From Patescibacteria group bacterium (GTDB taxonomy: Bacteria > Patescibacteriota > Patescibacteriia > Magasanikbacterales > JBBTXJ01), in NCBI GenBank assembly GCA_038061815.1, contig JBBTYK010000007.1:1-37701 (forward strand): a stretch of DNA of 37,701 nucleotides, in the 5' to 3' direction. The translations under genes and the position numbers were made by a program. This document shows positions 16,008-23,104 of the stretch, one piece after another. Every line of letters begins with the position of its first letter. Position 1 is the first letter of the stretch. The notes beneath the pieces were generated by a model. The model searched no databases, was not told the origin of the DNA, and saw only the letters and a list, made by a program, of their open reading frames with translations.

Positions 16008-16358
16008 TTAAACTAACTCAATCTGCACCGCGGGCGCGTTGTCGCCCTTGCGTTCGCCCAACTTCACAATGCGCGTATAGCCGCCGCGGCGGTCGCGATA
16101 GCGCGGCCCCAGTACTTCCATGCATTTGCGCACTGCATTTTCGGTATAAAGATTCTGAATAAGCGTCCGCCGCGCGGTCAGCGTACCGCGCTTGGAAGCC
16201 GTAATCGCGCGCTCCACGAGCGGCTGCGCTGCTTTTGCCTTTGCGTGCGTCGTCTTCACTTTTTCGTACAAAATAACGCTCTCGGCAAGATGCCGAAGCA
16301 GGGCCTTGCGCGGCCCAACTTTACGGTCAAGCGTTACTTTGTGTTTCAAGTGACGCAT
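16008..16358 (-). CDS. rplQ: 50S ribosomal protein L17
   Basis: MRHLKHKVTLDRKVGPRKALLRHLAESVILYEKVKTT..GGYTRIVKLGERKGDNAPAVQIELV. Sits downstream of rpoA as in the canonical operon. Confidence 0.96.
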   Translation of the reverse strand: MRHLKHKVTLDRKVGPRKALLRHLAESVILYEKVKTTHAKAKAAQPLVERAITASKRGTLTARRTLIQNLYTENAVRKCMEVLGPRYRDRRGGYTRIVKLGERKGDNAPAVQIELV

Positions 16359-16363
16359 ACGGT

Positions 16364-17254
16364 TTAAGCTTCATCGTGTTCGTCATTGCCGGTATCTTCC
16401 GCGGCAATAATCTCGGCCTCTTCAGGCACGATAACATCCGCGCTGGCTTCACCTGCATCATCATCGCTCGCCGTTGGCGTTTCTTCTACTTCTTCTTTGA
16501 CCGGCGCGGCTTCTTTTTCAAGTTCTTCGCTTGTCGGCCCGGCCTCCGCCATTAAACCTTCGCTGTCCAAACCACCCTGTACAATGCGGAGATGGTCCAT
16601 GATGGTATCAACCGCCTGATGGAGCGCTTCTTTCGGCGACATCGTACCGTCCGTTTCAATATCAAGGATTAGTTTTTCGTAGTTGGTCACGTCTCCCACA
16701 CGCGTGAATTCCACCGAATAACCTACGTCAACAATAGGAGAAAACAACGCGTCAATGCCGATGGTGCCGATGTCCATTTCCCGACTCTTGCGCTCCTCAA
16801 CGGGCACGTACCCACGGCCCTGTTCAAGCGTCAACTCCATATCAAGCTCGCCTTTCGGCTCCGTGATGGTGGCAACCACCAAATCCTTGCTGACCATTTC
16901 AACATCCGAGGTTGTTTCAATTTTTTCCGCCGTTACCGGCCCTTCGCCTTTTGCGCGCAAACGCACTTTCACCGGTTCCCCCGAAAACACGCGCACGCGC
17001 AGACGTTTCAAATTCAAAATGATGTCAAGCACATCCTCTTTCACGCCCGCAAGCGCGGAGAACTCGTGCTGTGCGCCTTTAATTTTGACTGCCGTCACGG
17101 CCGCACCCGGCAGCGACGACAACAGCACGCGGCGCAGCGCGTTCCCGATGGTTGTGCCGTAACCGTGATAACACGGCGTAATCACAACCCGCCCCCGATT
17201 CGGGCTCTCCCCATCGAGGATTTGTACGGTTGATGGAAGGAGTAGTTTTTCCAT
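16364..17254 (-). CDS. rpoA: DNA-directed RNA polymerase alpha subunit, N-terminal domain followed by an acidic low-complexity tail (no recognisable alpha-CTD)
   Basis: NTD signatures GYGTTIGNALRRVLLSSLPGAAVTAVKI and GPVTAEKIETTSDVEMV. I place the start at ATG 17254 (MEKLLLPS), 7 nt after the rpsD stop. The last ~70 aa are E/D/A/P-rich. Confidence 0.93.
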   Translation of the reverse strand: MEKLLLPSTVQILDGESPNRGRVVITPCYHGYGTTIGNALRRVLLSSLPGAAVTAVKIKGAQHEFSALAGVKEDVLDIILNLKRLRVRVFSGEPVKVRLRAKGEGPVTAEKIETTSDVEMVSKDLVVATITEPKGELDMELTLEQGRGYVPVEERKSREMDIGTIGIDALFSPIVDVGYSVEFTRVGDVTNYEKLILDIETDGTMSPKEALHQAVDTIMDHLRIVQGGLDSEGLMAEAGPTSEELEKEAAPVKEEVEETPTASDDDAGEASADVIVPEEAEIIAAEDTGNDEHDEA

Positions 17255-17261
17255 ACGATAA

Positions 17262-17879
17262 TTATCGTGAATAAAATTCAATGATTGGACGCGGGTCAAA
17301 CAACGACTTAAGCTCCTCCGCCGCCGGTTGACCGACTACCGTGCCGGTCCAGTTACCCGGGTCCAACTTGAGCCAGCTCGGCGTTTCCTTTTGTTCCAAC
17401 GTCTGGCGAACGCCGTCAAACAGTTTCGTGTCGCGTTTTTTTTCAATCACTCCCACAACATCGCCCTCTTTTACTTGAAACGACGGTATATCGAGCTTTT
17501 TACCGTTCACCTCAATGTGGCCATGACGCACAAGTTGGCGCGCCGCCGCGCGCGTTTTAACGAATCCGAGACGATATACGGTGTTATCCAACCGGCGCTC
17601 CAGCAAATCCTGCAGCGCCAATCCCGTATCTCCGGCGCGCGCCGCAGCGCGTTCTACATAGTTGCGGAACTGCCGCTCAAGCAAACCATACAAATGACGC
17701 GCCTTTTGTTTTTCTTGCAACTGAAACTTGTAACCGGACGCAGTGTCTCTGCGCCGCATGGTGGCGCCATGTACACCGGGCGGCGCATTGCGCCGGCGCA
17801 ATGCGCAGCGCTCGCGGCCGCACACGGACATCCCGAGGCGCCGACAGACTTTGCAAGTTCGATTGGTGATTCGTGCCAT
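17262..17879 (-). CDS. rpsD: 30S ribosomal protein S4
   Basis: MARITNRTCKVCRRLG...YGLLERQFRNYV...RLDNTVYRLGF..TRAAARQLVRHGHIEVNGKK (S4 domain). Confidence 0.96.
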   Translation of the reverse strand: MARITNRTCKVCRRLGMSVCGRERCALRRRNAPPGVHGATMRRRDTASGYKFQLQEKQKARHLYGLLERQFRNYVERAAARAGDTGLALQDLLERRLDNTVYRLGFVKTRAAARQLVRHGHIEVNGKKLDIPSFQVKEGDVVGVIEKKRDTKLFDGVRQTLEQKETPSWLKLDPGNWTGTVVGQPAAEELKSLFDPRPIIEFYSR

Positions 17880-17880
17880 A

Positions 17881-18276
17881 TTAAACGCGGCGCGGTTTAG
17901 GCGGCCGACATCCGTTGTGCGGCAGCGGCGTAATATCCTTGATTGATTTCACAAAAAATCCGTTGGCGTTCAATGCGCGAATGGCACCTTCCCGTCCGCC
18001 GCCGATTCCGCGCACGAAAACCTGCAACTCTCGCACGCCATACTGGGCCACTTTTTCCGCGACATCTTTCACAACCAGAGATGAGGCGTACGGCGTCGCC
18101 TTTTTTGGGCCCTTAAATCCAACCTTGCCTGCCGATGACCAGCCCAACGCGTTGCCGGCCGGATCGGTCATCGTAATGATGGTGTTATTATACGATGCCT
18201 GAATATACGCCTTGCCTTCAGGAATCTGGCGAGCAGTTTTCTTCTTGGCTGTTTTTTCTGATTTCACTTCTGCCAT
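17881..18276 (-). CDS. rpsK: 30S ribosomal protein S11
   Basis: AYIQASYNNTIITMTDPAGNALGWSSAG..GFKGPKKATPYA...HNGCRPPKPRRV. Confidence 0.97.
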   Translation of the reverse strand: MAEVKSEKTAKKKTARQIPEGKAYIQASYNNTIITMTDPAGNALGWSSAGKVGFKGPKKATPYASSLVVKDVAEKVAQYGVRELQVFVRGIGGGREGAIRALNANGFFVKSIKDITPLPHNGCRPPKPRRV

Positions 18277-18279
18277 ACG

Positions 18280-18675
18280 TTAGGTTTTTTGCGCCGTCGG
18301 CTTGCGGCCCGACCCCATCGTGCGGCGCACATTGCCGCGCACCGTACGCGTGTTCGTCCGCGTGCGTTGGCCGCGCACCGGCAACCGCTTCGCGTGGCGG
18401 GAGCCGCGATAGGATTTAATATCAACCAATCGTTTGATGTTGGAACGCACCTCGCGCCGCAAATCGCCTTCCACCTTATGTTCCTTTTCAATAATCTGAC
18501 GAATGGCATTCGTGGCCTCGGCGCTCAAATCCTTTGTGCGGATGTTCGGGTCCACGTTCGCTGCCGCAAGAATTTTTTTCGCCAAGGATGGCCCAATCCC
18601 ATAAATGTACGGCAAGGCCGCCTCAATGCGTTTCTGTTCTGGAATAATGACACCGGCGATGCGCAACATAGGCAT
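18280..18675 (-). CDS. rpsM: 30S ribosomal protein S13
   Basis: [33 protein letters not shown]...[24 protein letters not shown]. The true start could be the ATG at 18669 (MLRIAGV). Confidence 0.96.
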   Translation of the reverse strand: MPMLRIAGVIIPEQKRIEAALPYIYGIGPSLAKKILAAANVDPNIRTKDLSAEATNAIRQIIEKEHKVEGDLRREVRSNIKRLVDIKSYRGSRHAKRLPVRGQRTRTNTRTVRGNVRRTMGSGRKPTAQKT

Positions 18676-18788
18676 TATCCCTGACGCTGTTTATGCTTGG
18701 GGTTCTTACAAATTACAACAACCCGCTGTTTCCGGCGTACCACCTTGCAATCTTTGCAAATCTTTTTAACGGATGCGCGGACTTTCAT
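18675..18788 (-). CDS. rpmJ: 50S ribosomal protein L36 (37 aa); too short for the ORF track
   Basis: My own translation of the rc of 18675-18788: [37 protein letters not shown]. Its stop overlaps the rpsM ATG as TAATG. Confidence 0.93.
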   Translation of the reverse strand: MKVRASVKKICKDCKVVRRKQRVVVICKNPKHKQRQG

Positions 18789-18847
18789 ACCTGTCAGCTG
18801 ATGCCGTGATGTGAACGAAAAAGGACTGGCGTCCTTCGTTTATAAGT

Positions 18848-19060
18848 TTATAATCGGTAGGTGATGCGGCCCTTCGTCAAATCATACGGCGTCATCTCAA
18901 GCCGAACGCGGTCACCCACAATGAGACGAATGCTGTGGCGACGCATCTTACCGGCCAAATGCGCGATAATTTGATGCTTGTTTTCGAGAACCACCCGAAA
19001 CATGCCTCCCGGCAAGAGCTCCTCTACCGTTCCCTGCATCTCAACGACGTCTTTTCCCAT
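18848..19060 (-). CDS. infA: Translation initiation factor IF-1
   Basis: 70 aa. [69 protein letters not shown] is a near-consensus S1-like IF-1. Confidence 0.97.
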   Translation of the reverse strand: MGKDVVEMQGTVEELLPGGMFRVVLENKHQIIAHLAGKMRRHSIRLIVGDRVRLEMTPYDLTKGRITYRL

Positions 19061-19098
19061 GAATATGCGAAATTTACAGTTTCCTACGAGACAGGTAC

Positions 19099-19127
19099 AG
19101 TCTAGCAGAGCCGGTTAAAGCTGTCAA
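19099..19127 (-). promoter_or_regulatory. Sigma70-type promoter for the infA-rpmJ-rpsM...rpsI operon (TTGACA-N17-TAGACT)
   Basis: The minus strand reads gagTTGACAgctttaaccggctctgcTAGACTgtacc... . The ATG lies 38 nt downstream of the -10. Confidence 0.6.
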
Positions 19128-19186
19128 CTCGGAAAACCCTTGTGGATAACTCTTTGATATTTTTGACTGAAATAGGCCAAAAATGG

Positions 19187-19597
19187 CTAATCGCGGTACA
19201 CCCAGTAATTATACAGCAAAAAATTCCAACTGACAGAAAGCGCGACAGTGGTGATGCGGACAATTTGGTAATGAATGCCGAGCATATCGTGTCCGAGGTA
19301 CATGAAGACGATGCTGACCACATAATTTCCCGCAAGAACGACAAGGAATTTTGCGAGCTGGCGATGCGTTGATGTCGCGGTGCTTTTGAACGACCAGTGG
19401 CGGTTCATGAAAAATACGTACGCTATCACCAGTATCTGCGTTCCAAAAAGCGCGATGACCGGCCGAATACCGAAGTATTCTTTTGCGACATACAACAGCC
19501 CAACGTCCATAACGAGGCCGGTAATGCCCGTGAAAAAATAACGCGCAAAGGTTGCTTTCTTTGCGTGAATCCACGCGATGATGTTTGAGATGTTCAT
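19187..19597 (-). CDS. gtrA: GtrA-family membrane protein (polyisoprenol-linked sugar translocation-associated)
   Basis: 136 aa with 4 TM segments. ARYFFTGITGLVMDVGLLY and FFMNRHWSFKS are GtrA-like motifs. Confidence 0.8.
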   Translation of the reverse strand: MNISNIIAWIHAKKATFARYFFTGITGLVMDVGLLYVAKEYFGIRPVIALFGTQILVIAYVFFMNRHWSFKSTATSTHRQLAKFLVVLAGNYVVSIVFMYLGHDMLGIHYQIVRITTVALSVSWNFLLYNYWVYRD

Positions 19598-21402
19598 TTC
19601 TTTTGATTTGCCGTCACGATTGCTTTAATACGCCGCACGCCGGCGGACACCGCTTCCTCTTTCAAAATCTTAAAACCGCCCAGTTCGCCCGTATGTTCCA
19701 CGTGCGGACCGCCGCAGATTTCTTTTGAAAAAAATCCGCGCTTTTCATCTCCTACAAAATACACTTTCAGTTTATTGCCAAACGTGGCGTATTTGTCGTC
19801 AAAATAACCGATGGCGCCGCACGCGCGCGCTTCTTTTTCCGTGAGTTCTTCAAAATGAACCGGCAAGTCCTTTTTAATTTGCTCGTTCACGATGTCTTCT
19901 ATTTCTTTCAATTTCTCGGCCGGAATTTTCTCCCCGTAGTTGAAATCAAAACGCAGGCGCTCCGCGGTAATGTTACTCCCCTTTTGTTCTATGGATTCAC
20001 CGAGCACGTTTTTGAGCGCACGATGGAGCAGATGCGTTGCGGTGTGAAGCTGCACCACTTCAAGACTATGGTTTGCAAGTCCGCCCGCAAATTTTTGTTC
20101 CGCGCCTTTACGCGAGAGTTCCTGATGTTTTTTGAATTCCGCTTGAAAACCTGCGGCGTCAACCGTAATACCGCGTTCTTTCGCCATTTCCTGCGTTACC
20201 TCAAACGGAAATCCGTGCGAGGTGAATAAATCAAACGCAGCTTTGCCGCTCACCGTTTTTTCCTTCGCGACAATCCGTTCAAACTCGCGCAAACCTTTTT
20301 CAAGCGTTCTATTGAATTTTTCCTCTTCGCGCTGCAGTTCCTCCGCAATGCGCTTCTTGTTGTGTCCCAATTCCGGATACGCAGCGGTGTATTCCTGCGC
20401 CACGATCTCGCCGATGTCACGCGCAAACGATTGCGTAATGCCCAATTTTTTACCGTGCATGATGGAGCGGCGAATGAGACGTCGCAACACATATCCTTGG
20501 TCAACATTTGACGGCGTTACACCGCGCTGGTCGCCCAAAATAAATGCGGCGGTGCGAAGATGGTCGGCAATCACGCGCATAGACCAGCGTGTTTTCGGGT
20601 CATCCGTATAATTTTTGCCGGACAGTTCTTCAATCTTATGCAGGATGGGTAAAAACAAATCGGTTTCAAACGGCGACTTTTCGCCGTTCAACACCGCCAC
20701 CACGCGGTCAAGTCCCATGCCAGTGTCCACGTTTTTCTGTTTGAGTGGTTTGAATGAACCGTTTGCTTGCTTATCGTACTCCATGAAAACGTCATTCCAG
20801 ATTTCAACCCACTGTTTGTTATCGGTATCAAACTTTTTTGGCGCAACGCCACCGCCTGACCAATAAAACATTTCCGTATCCGGCCCACACGGCCCCGTTT
20901 GTCCCGCCGGACCCCACCAGTTATTTTCTTTCGGCAAATACGCGATGCGTTCTTTCGGTATGTCAAGTGTCTGCCACAATTTTGCGGACTCTTCATCGCG
21001 AGGCGCGTCTTTATCGCCCGCAAACACGGAAACCGCTAATTTTTCAAGCGGAATGCCGAGCCATTTTCTGCTCGTCAAAAATTCAAAACTCCACGCAATG
21101 GCTTCTTTTTTGAAATAATCGCCGAGCGACCAGTTGCCGAGCATCTCAAAAAACGTGAGGTGCGTGTCATCGCCCACTTCTTCAATATCGCCGGTGCGGA
21201 TGCACTTTTGCACGTTCGCAAGCAGGGTGCCTTCCGGGTGTTTTTCACCCAAAAGATACGGCACCAGCGGATGCATGCCGGCGGTGGTGAAAAGCACGGT
21301 AGGGTCATTTTCCGGAATAAGCGAAGCGGACGGGATAATGGCGTGGCCCTTCTCTTTGAAGAAATCAAGATATTTTTTGCGGAGTTCTGCGGCGGAAAGC
21401 AT
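19594..21402 (-). CDS. alaS: Alanyl-tRNA synthetase, short form (catalytic + tRNA-recognition + editing domains; no C-Ala domain)
   Basis: N-terminus LRKKYLDFFKEKGHAIIPSASLIPENDPTVLFTTAGMHP. Editing-domain zinc ligands HTATHLLHRAL and CGGPHV. It is 602 aa and ends about 25 aa after the CGGPHV motif. Confidence 0.93.
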   Translation of the reverse strand: MLSAAELRKKYLDFFKEKGHAIIPSASLIPENDPTVLFTTAGMHPLVPYLLGEKHPEGTLLANVQKCIRTGDIEEVGDDTHLTFFEMLGNWSLGDYFKKEAIAWSFEFLTSRKWLGIPLEKLAVSVFAGDKDAPRDEESAKLWQTLDIPKERIAYLPKENNWWGPAGQTGPCGPDTEMFYWSGGGVAPKKFDTDNKQWVEIWNDVFMEYDKQANGSFKPLKQKNVDTGMGLDRVVAVLNGEKSPFETDLFLPILHKIEELSGKNYTDDPKTRWSMRVIADHLRTAAFILGDQRGVTPSNVDQGYVLRRLIRRSIMHGKKLGITQSFARDIGEIVAQEYTAAYPELGHNKKRIAEELQREEEKFNRTLEKGLREFERIVAKEKTVSGKAAFDLFTSHGFPFEVTQEMAKERGITVDAAGFQAEFKKHQELSRKGAEQKFAGGLANHSLEVVQLHTATHLLHRALKNVLGESIEQKGSNITAERLRFDFNYGEKIPAEKLKEIEDIVNEQIKKDLPVHFEELTEKEARACGAIGYFDDKYATFGNKLKVYFVGDEKRGFFSKEICGGPHVEHTGELGGFKILKEEAVSAGVRRIKAIVTANQKK

Positions 21403-21408
21403 GAGAGT

Positions 21409-21437
21409 ATGATAGCGGAATTCCTAGGGCTTGACAA
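21409..21437 (-). promoter_or_regulatory. Sigma70-type promoter for alaS (TTGTCA-N17-TATCAT); the -10 ends 6 nt before the ATG
   Basis: The minus strand reads caTTGTCAagccctaggaattccgcTATCATactctcATG. Its -35 overlaps the -35 of the divergent + strand promoter. Confidence 0.55.
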
Positions 21438-21459
21438 TGACGTTCTTTGATGCTATATT
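21431..21459 (+). promoter_or_regulatory. Sigma70-type promoter (TTGACA-N17-TATATT) for the orphan gene
   Basis: cTTGACAatgacgttctttgatgcTATATT. The -35 is perfect, the spacer is 17 nt, and the -10 matches 5 of 6 positions. The SD GGAAGGAGG follows at 21476-21484. Confidence 0.7.
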
Positions 21460-21491
21460 TTTTACACAACCTTCCTGGAAGGAGGAACACT

Positions 21492-21917
21492 ATGGCGAGC
21501 GGTAGCGAGTGGAAAGAGGTGGAGATCGTAGGGCCGAGCACGCGCGAAGCGCACAAGGAGGTGTTCCGGTTTCGAGCGCTGGTGCCGCACGATTTCAAGG
21601 ACCTGAAGGAGCGTAGCGGCCCGCACTGGGCCGTCTGCATCACCGCTCCTGGCGGGGAGAGCGTGACGGTGCTGGACAACGAAGGCGAGGTGCACTTTTT
21701 CTCCAAGGTCCTCAAGGTCGTTGCCGAGATGCTCTACGGTGCGGAGCTCTACCGTCTGGACGCGCAAGTGGAGCGCGTACCGAACGGGATGGGTCATCCC
21801 TATCCGGGAATCGCGATGTCCCTTCGTGGCACCGCGGAACGGGGACAGCCCAAGCTGACCACGAAGTTCCGTCCAGACAACGGCGGCATCGGCGTGGAAG
21901 TGGAAATCACCCGCTAG
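21492..21917 (+). CDS. Hypothetical protein, 141 aa, no recognisable family; atypical composition
   Basis: The start ATG is 7 nt after a strong SD (ggaaggagg). It has its own promoter and terminator. In the first 60 nt I counted 39 G+C, against 27 of 60 for the adjacent alaS. Lys codons are 7 AAG to 1 AAA, whereas neighbouring genes favour AAA. Confidence 0.65.
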   Translation: MASGSEWKEVEIVGPSTREAHKEVFRFRALVPHDFKDLKERSGPHWAVCITAPGGESVTVLDNEGEVHFFSKVLKVVAEMLYGAELYRLDAQVERVPNGMGHPYPGIAMSLRGTAERGQPKLTTKFRPDNGGIGVEVEITR

Positions 21918-21926
21918 AGACGAACG

Positions 21927-21975
21927 CGCCGAGTGTGATTCTTGCGAAAGCAGGAATTGCCTCGGCGTTTTTTTA
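21927..21975 (+). terminator. Rho-independent terminator (CGCCGAG...ATTCTTGC gaaa GCAGGAAT...CTCGGCG + T7)
   Basis: A long hairpin, 7-bp outer stem and 8-bp inner stem with one G-U pair. It is followed by tttttttatt, whose last bases overlap the mnmA stop codon (rc of tta at 21973-21975). Confidence 0.75.
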
Positions 21976-23064
21976 TTGAATGACTCCCCCACCCAAACAT
22001 TCGTCGTTTTTGTAAAACACCGCAAACTGGCCGGGCGTGATGGCGCGCTGGGATTTTGAACAAATAACGAGGATATTTTTTCCTTGTTTCTGGATGGTGC
22101 ACCGCTGTAATTCCTGGCGGTGGCGGAAGCAAACAGCGCAGGTAAACGGCAAAACAGGCGCCTCAACAATCCAGTGTACATCCCCTACAGTAATTTCACG
22201 TGTAAATAAGCGTGAATCATTTTCCGGTCCAACGATGAGTTCGTTTTTCTTACTATCTTTTGCAACAACATACTGCGGCTTCCCGTTACTTTTTTGCGCC
22301 AGTCCGTGCCGCTGGCCGATGGTGTAATATGCCAAACCATCGTGCTCTCCAATCACCGCGCCGGCCGTCGTAACAATTTTTCCCGGCTTCGGCTTGATTT
22401 TCTGTTTCAAAAAATCCTTCATGTTGATTTCGCCGATAAAACACACGCCCATTGACTCCGCGCGTTCCGCGGTTGGCAAACCAAATTTCCGCGCAAGGGC
22501 GCGAACCTGCGGCTTGGTGTAGTCCCCAATGGGAAACAATGTGTTGGCAAGCTGCGCTTGAGTGAGTTGGTGAAGGAAGTAGGTTTGGTCTTTATTGCGG
22601 TCTTTGGATTGGAGGAGATGGTATCGTATACCCTTCGACTCGCCTCCGGCTCGCTCAGGGACTAATTTTGCATAATGCCCTGTCGCAATTTTGTCCGCGC
22701 CCAGTTTTTTTGCGGCCTTTAAAAACGACCCGAATTTTACCGTTGTGTTGCAGACAACATCCGGATTTGGCGTGCGGCCGGCGCGATATTCGCGGAACAA
22801 ATAATCCACCACGCCTTTGCGATATTCTTTTTGAAAATCCAACACCACAAGCGGAATGCCGAGGCGCGCCGCCACGCGCTCCGCATCACGCACATCATTC
22901 TTCCAATCACAAACACCCTGCACGTCTTTCGTATCCGTCCAGTTTTTCATGAAGGCGCCAACCACCTGATGCCCTGCGCGCACCAGAAGCGCCGCAGTCA
23001 CCGATGAATCAACGCCGCCTGACATGGCAACAATAATTTTATTCCGCACTTTCTTCGCCCGCAT
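21973..23064 (-). CDS. mnmA: tRNA-specific 2-thiouridylase (tRNA U34 2-thiolation)
   Basis: PP-loop IIVAMSGGVDSSV, then GHYA.., and C-terminal QFAVFY..ECLGGGVI. I place the start at ATG 23064 (MRAKKVRNKIIVAMSGG). The track's 47-aa N-terminal extension is not MnmA-like. Confidence 0.93.
   Translation of the reverse strand: MRAKKVRNKIIVAMSGGVDSSVTAALLVRAGHQVVGAFMKNWTDTKDVQGVCDWKNDVRDAERVAARLGIPLVVLDFQKEYRKGVVDYLFREYRAGRTPNPDVVCNTTVKFGSFLKAAKKLGADKIATGHYAKLVPERAGGESKGIRYHLLQSKDRNKDQTYFLHQLTQAQLANTLFPIGDYTKPQVRALARKFGLPTAERAESMGVCFIGEINMKDFLKQKIKPKPGKIVTTAGAVIGEHDGLAYYTIGQRHGLAQKSNGKPQYVVAKDSKKNELIVGPENDSRLFTREITVGDVHWIVEAPVLPFTCAVCFRHRQELQRCTIQKQGKNILVICSKSQRAITPGQFAVFYKNDECLGGGVIQ
22631..22660 (+). 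repeat. GC-rich repeat inserted in-frame in mnmA (cccttcgactcgcctccggctcgctcaggg)
   Basis: On the coding (minus) strand it reads cct gag cga gcc gga ggc gag tcg aag ggt, which is PERAGGESKG. It is 30 nt, or 10 codons. Confidence 0.75.
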
Positions 23065-23104
23065 ACACAAAACCGTAGAGTGAGAGTCAAGCGCCACGAC
23101 GTTC

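Noticed and set aside
21462-22181. 239-aa minus-strand ORF covering the orphan gene and the 3' end of mnmA
   Set aside because: It overlaps the mnmA coding frame out of phase and lies antisense to the SD-preceded orphan ORF. Its length is a by-product of the high G+C of that segment.
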